From contig OY820591.1 in assembly GCA_963555985.3 (NCBI GenBank), positions 2,240,001-2,304,000 of the forward strand: 64,000 nucleotides of DNA, written 5' to 3'. Numbering within the stretch: position 1 is the stretch's first letter; the number at the start of each line of letters is the position of its first letter. Positions 57,110-64,000 of the stretch are shown here, one piece after another. This stretch comes from Dehalococcoidia bacterium (lineage in GTDB: Bacteria; Chloroflexota; Dehalococcoidia; Bin125). Made by a program: the position numbers and the translations under genes. The notes under the pieces are model-generated. The model ran no database searches. It saw nothing but the letters and a program-made list of their open reading frames with translations, and was not told where the DNA came from.

Positions 57110-58152
57110 TCGAGTTCAAGACCGGCGACATTTTTGCCGAAGACGCCGAGGCGCTCGTCAACAGCGTCAACTGCGTCGGCGTGATGGGGCGAGGCGTCGC
57201 TCTCCAGTTCAAGAACACTTTCCCTGAGAATTTCCAAGCCTATCGCTCAGCCTGCGATCGAGGGGAAGTGCAGCCCGGAGCGATGTTCGTCTTTGAGTCA
57301 CGGACACTTGGGAACCCGCGCTACATCATCAACTTCCCAACCAAGCGGCATTGGCGCAGTAAGAGCCGAATGACCGACATCGAAGCGGGACTCGCGGCGC
57401 TCGCGGACGAGATTCGAGCTCGAGGTATTCGCTCTGTCGCGCTCCCCCCTCTGGCCACCGGGCTTGGCGGATTGAGTTGGGCACAAGTGCGCCCGGCAAT
57501 CGAGAACGCCTTGCGGGACCTCAATGAGGTTCGTGTCACAGTGTTTGAGCCCGGCAGCGTTCCTGCCGACGGACGGCCGAACCGTTCTCGCACCGCGCCA
57601 AAAATGACTGTCGCTTCGGCTGTCCTGATCGGACTCATGGACCGCTACTTGCGCGGGTTATTGGACCCGTTCGTCACGCTTCTTGAGATTCACAAGCTGA
57701 TGTATTTCTTGCAGGAAGCAGGCGAACCACTGCGGCTTGACTACCGGAAGGCCGCGCACGGACCCTATGCGCCAAAACTGCGATTCGTCATGCGCGCCCT
57801 TGAGGGACATTACACGATCGGATACCGCGACGGCGGTGACGCGCCAACGAAAGAAATCCGGCTGGTCCCCGGCGCCACCCAAGACGCCATGCAATTCCTC
57901 GAAACCAAGCCCGATACCCGTGAGCGATTCGCGCGAGTCAGCGAGCTCGTAGACGGCTTTGAGTCCAGCTTTGGGCTTGAGCTTCTATCCACCGTGCACT
58001 GGGTTGCTATGCAACATCCGACAGCAACTGACGAAGCGCTGATCGAATTCACGTACGGATGGGGTCGTCACAAACGCAAGTTCGCGCCACGACAGATTCG
58101 GTTGGCCTTGTCCCACCTTCGCCAACACGGCTGGCTGCTTGAAGCGAGTTAG
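57106..58152 (+). CDS. darG: DarG macrodomain antitoxin
   Basis: GDIF, VNSVNCVGVMGRGVA, INFPTK.HWR, GLGGL, KLMYFLQ, GLELLSTVHW. Confidence 0.93.
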   Translation: MIEFKTGDIFAEDAEALVNSVNCVGVMGRGVALQFKNTFPENFQAYRSACDRGEVQPGAMFVFESRTLGNPRYIINFPTKRHWRSKSRMTDIEAGLAALADEIRARGIRSVALPPLATGLGGLSWAQVRPAIENALRDLNEVRVTVFEPGSVPADGRPNRSRTAPKMTVASAVLIGLMDRYLRGLLDPFVTLLEIHKLMYFLQEAGEPLRLDYRKAAHGPYAPKLRFVMRALEGHYTIGYRDGGDAPTKEIRLVPGATQDAMQFLETKPDTRERFARVSELVDGFESSFGLELLSTVHWVAMQHPTATDEALIEFTYGWGRHKRKFAPRQIRLALSHLRQHGWLLEAS

Positions 58153-58886
58153 TGCCCAACGCGATAGCGCAGGAACAACTCTCCAGTTGTTCCCCGCGCC
58201 GCCGCCAGCAAATCGAGACTCACCAGCTCGCTACGCACTGCCTCTCCCTCCCACTGCACCGCTCCGTGCCCGACCTCGCCGCCCACTACCCTCGGCGCAA
58301 GCGTCAGAAAGTACTCGTCGACCAACCCCAGACGCATCAGCGACCCGTTCAAGGCAGCCCCACCCTCCACCAGCACCCGCTTGGCGCCGAGCTCTGCTTG
58401 CATGTGCGCCAGCGCCGCCGCAACTTCATTCCCCGACGGCACGTTGATGACTGGCCTTCCTCGTGACTCGAGGGCCTGCCGAACTTCTCTCGGGGCTGCG
58501 TCGGAGAGATAGACCACCGCCTCGAACGACTGATCCGTGAAGAAGCGGCGTTCCGGAGGGAGGTTGCCGCTGCGGGTGATGACAGCGGCGATTGGGGTTC
58601 GTGACATGCCGCGGGACAGACGCCATTGCTCAAGGTCTTCGCGGTTGAGGCGGGCGGAGGTACCGCTGGCGCGGAAGGTGCCGCCGCCGTTGACGACGAC
58701 GTCGAAGTGGACGCGGAGCTCTCGCATGAGGCGTTGGTCGGTCTCCGAGCCGAGGCCGCGTTCGGTGCCTTCCACTACCGTCTGTCCGTCCGCCGACATG
58801 ACCATGTTGACCGCCACGTAGGGCCGATCGGCGGGCGGCGGCGGAAACTCGAGTCCGGTGTAGTCGAGAGGCTGGTCGGACATCAT
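58149..58886 (-). CDS. RibD C-terminal / DHFR-like reductase
   Basis: NMVMSADG, VLVEGG, LVDEYFLTLAP. Confidence 0.85.
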   Translation of the reverse strand: MMSDQPLDYTGLEFPPPPADRPYVAVNMVMSADGQTVVEGTERGLGSETDQRLMRELRVHFDVVVNGGGTFRASGTSARLNREDLEQWRLSRGMSRTPIAAVITRSGNLPPERRFFTDQSFEAVVYLSDAAPREVRQALESRGRPVINVPSGNEVAAALAHMQAELGAKRVLVEGGAALNGSLMRLGLVDEYFLTLAPRVVGGEVGHGAVQWEGEAVRSELVSLDLLAAARGTTGELFLRYRVGH

Positions 58887-58908
58887 CCGCTCATGCTAGG
58901 TTCGGCTC

Positions 58909-59151
58909 ATGGCGGAGCATGATCAGGTCGAGCACGACGACGAGCCTGAGGACGAGGAAACTCCATCGCGCGAGTTTCCGATCGGGCCAACGGCTCGTTT
59001 CACGATCGGCGGCAAACCGGTCGTGCTGGACGACTTCATCGATATCACGACCGGCGACCTCGCCAGCCGCCCTCGCATCGAACCAGTCGAACAGCCCCCG
59101 CCGGTACCCAAAGCAGTCGTCTGGAACGCCCGCCGCCCGCTGGACGACTAG
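58909..59151 (+). CDS. Hypothetical protein (80 aa)
   Basis: ORF fills the gap between two opposite-strand genes; no recognisable motif. Confidence 0.45.
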   Translation: MAEHDQVEHDDEPEDEETPSREFPIGPTARFTIGGKPVVLDDFIDITTGDLASRPRIEPVEQPPPVPKAVVWNARRPLDD

Positions 59152-59537
59152 CCCTCATCGTCGCGACGAAGTTCGGCGTACTCCCCGGCCGAAAGCAACC
59201 CCTCCGCGACCTTGCTGACCTCAATCTCAAGCAGCCAGGCGAGCTCATAGGGCGATTCATTCACCAGTTCCGGCCGCTCAATCGCCGCCTCGTTGCGCGC
59301 AATCACCCGCCCGGAGGCCGGAGACACCAGATCGATCACTGCCTTGGCCGACTCGATCACCCCAAAGGCCTGGCCCAGGTCGAGCCGCGAACCAGGCGCT
59401 GGAAGTTCGAGATAGACCACATCCCCCAGCTGATCCTGCGCATAGTCAGTCACACCCAGGCGGCGAATATCGCCGCTTGCACTGAGCCAGAGATCGTCGT
59501 CGGTGTAGCAGAGGCTGTCCGGTGTCTCGAACTCCAT
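59148..59537 (-). CDS. gcvH: Glycine cleavage H-like lipoyl carrier
   Basis: GVTDYAQDQLGDVVY, IESAKA (lipoyl Lys), VNESPY..WL. Confidence 0.9.
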   Translation of the reverse strand: MEFETPDSLCYTDDDLWLSASGDIRRLGVTDYAQDQLGDVVYLELPAPGSRLDLGQAFGVIESAKAVIDLVSPASGRVIARNEAAIERPELVNESPYELAWLLEIEVSKVAEGLLSAGEYAELRRDDEG

Positions 59538-59543
59538 TGCCGC

Positions 59544-60014
59544 TCAGTTGTCCCCGTAGTCCGCTTCCCAGGTGATCTCGATCGCGTCTTTGACGCTCTC
59601 GTGCGCCGGACAGCCGGCGGCATGGAACTTGACCGCGCGGTCGGCGGCGGCGCGCTGGTCCTCCGATATGTCGGGCAGGTGGAAGACGACGTGGATCTTG
59701 GTGATGTGGATCGTCCGGTTGTCGTCGCCCTCGATCGTGCCCAAGACATCAGCCTTGTACGTGTTGGGGTCGAACTCGACCTTGCGCGCGGACAACGCCC
59801 GCGCGAGGGTGCCGTACATTCAACCGCCCACCGCAGCCACGATGTGGTCAAGCGTCGCCGCCACCGGCGGCGCTTCGGCGGGTACGCCGTAGTGCTCCTT
59901 GAGCTTGCCCTGCACGCCGTAGACGACCGGCTCAGGCACATCGCCGAGCGTCGCGTGGCGCATCCCGTTGCGGAGTTCGAGCTTGTTGCGGGAGATGTAT
60001 TCGAAGCGGGCCAT
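59544..60014 (-). CDS. OsmC/Ohr-family selenoprotein (Sec at TGA 59820-59822)
   Basis: LDHIVAAVGG-TGA-MYGTL..ITKIHVVF..GCPAHESV: TGA at first catalytic Cys position, second Cys in CP. Confidence 0.85.
59785..59805 (-). promoter_or_regulatory. Putative SECIS element
   Basis: CGCGCGGGC-gtt-GTCCGCGCG 9-bp stem starting 14 nt after the UGA. Confidence 0.65.
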
Positions 60015-60032
60015 CTGAGACTCCTGAGTCCG

Positions 60033-61205
60033 TTAGCTGCTCGCCAGTAGGGTACGCATTCTGTCGACGCCTTCGACGATCTCCTCCAGCGAGGCGGCGT
60101 AGCTGAAACGCAGGTAGCCTTCGCCGAGGTGTCCGAAGCTGGTGCCAGCGATCACGGCGAGTCCGGCTTCTTCGAGCAGGCGTTCCTGGAGCGTGCGCGC
60201 GTCGATGCCGGTCTGGGCGATGTTGGGGAAGGCGTAGAACGCGCCGAGCGGGTTGACGCAGCTGACGCCAGGCACATCGTTGAGTTCCTTGACGATGACT
60301 TTGCGGCGCTCGTCGAAGGCGGTGGTCATGATGTCGACCGCTTCCTGCGGACCGTCGAGCGCCTCGATCGCGGCGTACTGCGTGGCGGCGTTGGGGCAGG
60401 AGTAGCTGTTGATCGCCAGCCGCTCGGCGAAGGGGAAAAGGCCGGGCGGGAAGACGCCGAAGCCCAGCCGCCAACCGGTCATGGCATAGGTCTTGCTCCA
60501 GCCGTCGAGCACGATCAGGCGGTCGCGGAGCTGCGGATAGTTGAGCCAGGAGGTGTGTTCGAGACCTTCGTAGAGGATGCGTGAGTAGATCTCGTCGCTG
60601 AGGATGACGACGTTCGGCCACTGTTCAAGGCCCTCGACCAGGCGCTCGACCTGATCGCGGCTGTAGACGCCGCCGGTCGGGTTGGCCGGGCTGTTGAGGA
60701 TGATCAGGCGGGTGCGCTCGTTGATTTGGCTGAGCACCTGATCGGGATCGAAAGTGAAGCCGCTCGACTCGTGCAACTCGATCGGCACCGGCGTCGCGCC
60801 GGAGAAGCGGATCACCGACTCGTAGATGGGGAAGCCCGGGTTCGGGTACATGATCTCGACGCCCGGCTCGCCCATCAGCAGGGCGGCGAAGAACATCACC
60901 GGCTTGGCGCCGGGGGTGATCAGGACTGATTCGGGATCGACCTCTGCGCCGTGGCGGCGTTGGAGATCACGGGCGACGGCCTCGCGCAGCTCCGGGATGC
61001 CCGCCCCGGGCGTGTAGCCGTGCTTGCCCTCGGCGAGAGCTTGGGAACCGGCGTCGACGATATTGTCGGGCGTGGCGAAATCGGGCTGTCCGATGCCGAG
61101 GTTGATGATCGAGCGTCCCTCAGCGGCGAGCTTGTTGGCGCGCGCCAAGACCTCGAACGCGGTCTCAGTCCCCAGGTTCTGCGCTGCGACGGTCGGGAGC
61201 ACCAT
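60033..61205 (-). CDS. PLP-dependent aminotransferase class I/II
   Basis: LGIGQPDF, NSPANPTG, SDEIY, WSKTYAMTGWRLG, YLRFSYA; probable ATG 61205. Confidence 0.95.
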   Translation of the reverse strand: MVLPTVAAQNLGTETAFEVLARANKLAAEGRSIINLGIGQPDFATPDNIVDAGSQALAEGKHGYTPGAGIPELREAVARDLQRRHGAEVDPESVLITPGAKPVMFFAALLMGEPGVEIMYPNPGFPIYESVIRFSGATPVPIELHESSGFTFDPDQVLSQINERTRLIILNSPANPTGGVYSRDQVERLVEGLEQWPNVVILSDEIYSRILYEGLEHTSWLNYPQLRDRLIVLDGWSKTYAMTGWRLGFGVFPPGLFPFAERLAINSYSCPNAATQYAAIEALDGPQEAVDIMTTAFDERRKVIVKELNDVPGVSCVNPLGAFYAFPNIAQTGIDARTLQERLLEEAGLAVIAGTSFGHLGEGYLRFSYAASLEEIVEGVDRMRTLLASS

Positions 61206-61249
61206 GAACAACCTCCGATGGGGTCTAGCCTGACATCCCACGACCTCTC

Positions 61250-62398
61250 ATGATAGGCAGGCCCCGGCGAATGGCGGCTCAAACAACGGCTGGACCAGTC
61301 GAAGAATCCGGCCGGATCACCAACCTGGACGCGCTGCGTGGGATCGCGGTGTTCGGCATCCTGCTGATGAACGCCGTCTCCTACGGGCTGGAGCCGGCGG
61401 CCTACTTCAACATCAGCCTGGCCAACGACACGCCGCTCGACTGGATCATCGGCGTGTTCGGCGAGGTGGTCGTCGATCAGCGCTTCATGGGCGTGTTCTC
61501 GCTGCTGTTCGGCGCGGGGATCGTGCTGTTCGCCGATCGGGCGGACGCCCGGGGCAATCGCGGAGGTTGGCTGAGCTTGTGGCGCAACCTCTTACTGCTG
61601 GGCATCGGCGCGCTGCACATGTGGCTGTGGGAAGGCGACATTCTGGTCGCCTACGCAATCGCGTCGCCGTTCCTGCTGCTCTCGCGGCGGCTGCCGAACC
61701 GGGCGTTGCTCGCGCTGGGCGGCGCGCTGGTGCTGGGATCGGCGGCGATCTTCGCGGCGCTTCAGACCGGCGTCGATCCCGACGGTCGGCAGTTGGGCGA
61801 GCTCTGGTTCACGTCCGGCGAAACCGATGAGACGCTGGAGTCCCTGTTTCTGCTGACGTTCTTCATGCGGGCATTGGGGATGATGATGATCGGCGTCGCG
61901 CTGTTCCGCTCGGGACTGCTGAGCGGCGAGCGTTCGCGCGAGTACTACCGGCGGATGGCTGTGATCGGACTGGACATCGGCCTGCCGCTGGCGGCGCTCG
62001 GCGTAGGGATCACCGCACTCGATGACTTCGGGCCCGGTACCGCCTTGCTTTCGATGATCCCGAACACGGTGGGAACGATTCCAGCGACGCTGGGCATCTG
62101 CGCGTTGATCATCCTCTGGAACATGGGCGGCGAGTCGGTCTGGCGGCGGCGCGTGCACGCCGTGGGGCGAATGGCGCTGACGAACTATCTAACCCAGACG
62201 ATCCTGGGGATCATCTTCCTGCGCACGCTGTTCGAGCCGGACGATCTGAACCGCGCCTGGGTGCTGCTGTTCGTAATCGTCGTCTGGGGCGCGCAGCTGT
62301 GGTGGTCGCAGTGGTGGCTGTCGCGCTTCCGCTACGGCCCCTTCGAGTGGGTCTGGCGGGTGGCCACATATCGCCGAATGCAGCCGCTGCGCCGGTGA
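61250..62398 (+). CDS. DUF418 family membrane protein
   Basis: RITNLDALRG, FSLLFGAG, GRMALTNY, GPFEWVWR. Confidence 0.9.
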   Translation: MIGRPRRMAAQTTAGPVEESGRITNLDALRGIAVFGILLMNAVSYGLEPAAYFNISLANDTPLDWIIGVFGEVVVDQRFMGVFSLLFGAGIVLFADRADARGNRGGWLSLWRNLLLLGIGALHMWLWEGDILVAYAIASPFLLLSRRLPNRALLALGGALVLGSAAIFAALQTGVDPDGRQLGELWFTSGETDETLESLFLLTFFMRALGMMMIGVALFRSGLLSGERSREYYRRMAVIGLDIGLPLAALGVGITALDDFGPGTALLSMIPNTVGTIPATLGICALIILWNMGGESVWRRRVHAVGRMALTNYLTQTILGIIFLRTLFEPDDLNRAWVLLFVIVVWGAQLWWSQWWLSRFRYGPFEWVWRVATYRRMQPLRR

Positions 62399-62405
62399 GC
62401 GCCTG

Positions 62406-63308
62406 GTGGATAGATTGAGTGCAAGGGAAGACATGTGGGCATTCTGGTATCTGATCGCTGCGCTGTCTGTTGCGTTGACGGCTGCGATGCATGGGGCGTC
62501 TCAAGTGCCGGAGTCGAGAGCGATCGCCATTGCGATTAGCGCGGGCGGAGGCCACTCTTGCGCCATTGACAACACACAACGCATCCATTGCTGGGGTTCC
62601 AACCTCCATGGTCAGCTTGACGTGCCGACGGGACAGTACGCGTCGGTGAGTGCAGGGGACACTCACACCTGCGCCATTGGCCTGGAAGGCTCGCTGCGCT
62701 GTTGGGGAACCGGCAAATTCGTGCGTCCTCTGGCACTGGTGGGAGAGTTCCTGGGGGTCAGCGCGGGCGAAGATCACACTTGTGCGTTGCAGAGCGGTGG
62801 ACAGCTGTTGTGTTTCGGCTGGAACCGCTACGGGCAGGCGGACCCTCCGGCAGGCACGTGGATCGACGTCGATGTAGGAGAGGACCATTCCTGCGGCATC
62901 CGTGAGAACGGCGCGATTCAATGTTGGGGGGACAACAGTTGGCGGCAGTCGGCCCCGCCGAAAGGCGTATTCGCCTCGCTCTCAGTCGGGGATGATCATG
63001 CCTGCGCCCTGAAGGACGCGGGGCACATCGTCTGTTGGGGAGACGAACAGCGCGGGCAGATTGGGCCGCCGGCAGATCTGCGGGCAGTGTCGATCTCGAG
63101 CGGATACGACTTGAATTGCGCTCTAACCAGCGACGGGCAGATTCGGTGCTGGGGTGAGCTAGGCGATCCTCCGGCGGCAATGCAGGAGATTGGATTCGTC
63201 GCGCTCGACGCGGGGCATGAGCACGCTTGCGGGATTACCACGCAAGGCGAGGTATACTGCTGGCCAGACAGTCCTACTGCTGTGCCCGCGTCGCTTGCGA
63301 CACGCTAG
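62406..63308 (+). CDS. Secreted RCC1-repeat protein
   Basis: Hydrophobic N-terminus; about seven repeats of SAG..HtCAl...G.i.CWG. Confidence 0.88.
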   Translation: MDRLSAREDMWAFWYLIAALSVALTAAMHGASQVPESRAIAIAISAGGGHSCAIDNTQRIHCWGSNLHGQLDVPTGQYASVSAGDTHTCAIGLEGSLRCWGTGKFVRPLALVGEFLGVSAGEDHTCALQSGGQLLCFGWNRYGQADPPAGTWIDVDVGEDHSCGIRENGAIQCWGDNSWRQSAPPKGVFASLSVGDDHACALKDAGHIVCWGDEQRGQIGPPADLRAVSISSGYDLNCALTSDGQIRCWGELGDPPAAMQEIGFVALDAGHEHACGITTQGEVYCWPDSPTAVPASLATR

Positions 63309-63320
63309 CAAGTTGTGAGG

Positions 63321-64000
63321 TTACCGCGTCGGCAGCCGATCTTGGGCTCGCCAAATGCGCTCCAAGACGGATCTCCCTTCGTTCCCGGGCGTTACGAGTT
63401 CGGGCCGGTAGATCCAGGGCAACTCCCGGCTGTGACCGCGAATCACTACTGGGCGAATTCGGTATCCCAACAGCCTCTGCTTGGTGAAGCCCAACTCCAT
63501 TAACATTCCCTGCGTAGTTGGCACAGACCAGGCTTGATCGAAGATGAAGTTGCCGAATGAGTAGGCCACCAGCGCGTCGTGGCCTTGCTGGAAGTGCTCG
63601 ACAGCCTGGACCCAGTGCGGGTGATTCCCAATCAGCAGCGTCGCGCCCGATTCGATAGTGACGCCGGCAATCTCACGTTGTTCGGCGGTGGGATTTGAGG
63701 TGTACTCGACTCCCCAATTTGTGAAGACAAGAACGTGGTCGACGAGAGGCTTAGCGGTTTCGACATCCTCGCGAATCAGCTCGGAGCGCAGTGGAGCGGT
63801 GCCCGGGGTATCGTCTCGGGCGTGATACCAGGGCGCAATCGCGTCGTAACCGAGGATGGCGAAACGAACCGGGTTGCGAATGGCGGCGACTTCTACTACG
63901 GCAGGCTCACGCGAGGCTGCTCTGTTTTCGCCGGCTCCAACTGTGCGCATGTCTGCGCTGCGCAGGCGTTGGAGTGTGTCGAGAAGTGCCGCATTCCCGT
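63321..64000 (-). CDS. CapA family metallophosphoesterase, 5'-truncated by window edge
   Basis: WGVEY, IGNHPHWVQ, YSFGNFIFDQ. Confidence 0.88.
   Translation of the reverse strand, partial: GNAALLDTLQRLRSADMRTVGAGENRAASREPAVVEVAAIRNPVRFAILGYDAIAPWYHARDDTPGTAPLRSELIREDVETAKPLVDHVLVFTNWGVEYTSNPTAEQREIAGVTIESGATLLIGNHPHWVQAVEHFQQGHDALVAYSFGNFIFDQAWSVPTTQGMLMELGFTKQRLLGYRIRPVVIRGHSRELPWIYRPELVTPGNEGRSVLERIWRAQDRLPTR

Noticed and set aside
57106-59537. SirTM/macrodomain/GcvH-L operon
   Set aside because: The macrodomain is DarG coupled to darT on the opposite strand; no sirtuin or lipoate ligase nearby

Overview
High-GC bacterial chromosomal window. Gene content (Tat-lipoprotein Dpp/Opp-type binding proteins with Gln-rich linkers, LLM oxidoreductase, paired family III CoA-transferases, SCP-x thiolase/DUF35, PhyH, SDR, NHL and RCC1 repeat proteins) suggests a Chloroflexota/Dehalococcoidia (SAR202-like), possibly host-associated organism; this is inference only. 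Housekeeping core: two tandem dTMP-kinase-like genes, tRNA-Phe(GAA), gap, ffh-rpsP-khpA-rimM, tRNA-Ala(CGC). Accessory content: a PLD-SNF2 helicase plus N6-adenine MTase pair followed by a ~4.5-kb serially repeated toxin-antitoxin array, a Phd-VapC pair, a stand-alone TIR-like protein, an AAA+DUF3226 (TOPRIM-like) pair and darTG with an amber-interrupted darT. Main observations not in the ORF track: (1) three genes split at in-frame TGA codons that read as selenoproteins with SECIS-like hairpins (UGSC family, AhpD-like CxxU, and an OsmC-like protein next to an orphan gcvH); (2) an HTH gene behind a sigma70 promoter overlapped by a LexA-type box, whose 10-bp-periodic 3' repeats recur as relics across the window; (3) the TA array is built on a repeated scaffold containing deleted toxin relics and relics of the MTase 3' end; (4) two intergenic-type palindromes sit in frame inside the MTase; (5) MITE/REP composites with IS5-like ends. 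All calls were made by reading the sequence; no database searches were run.
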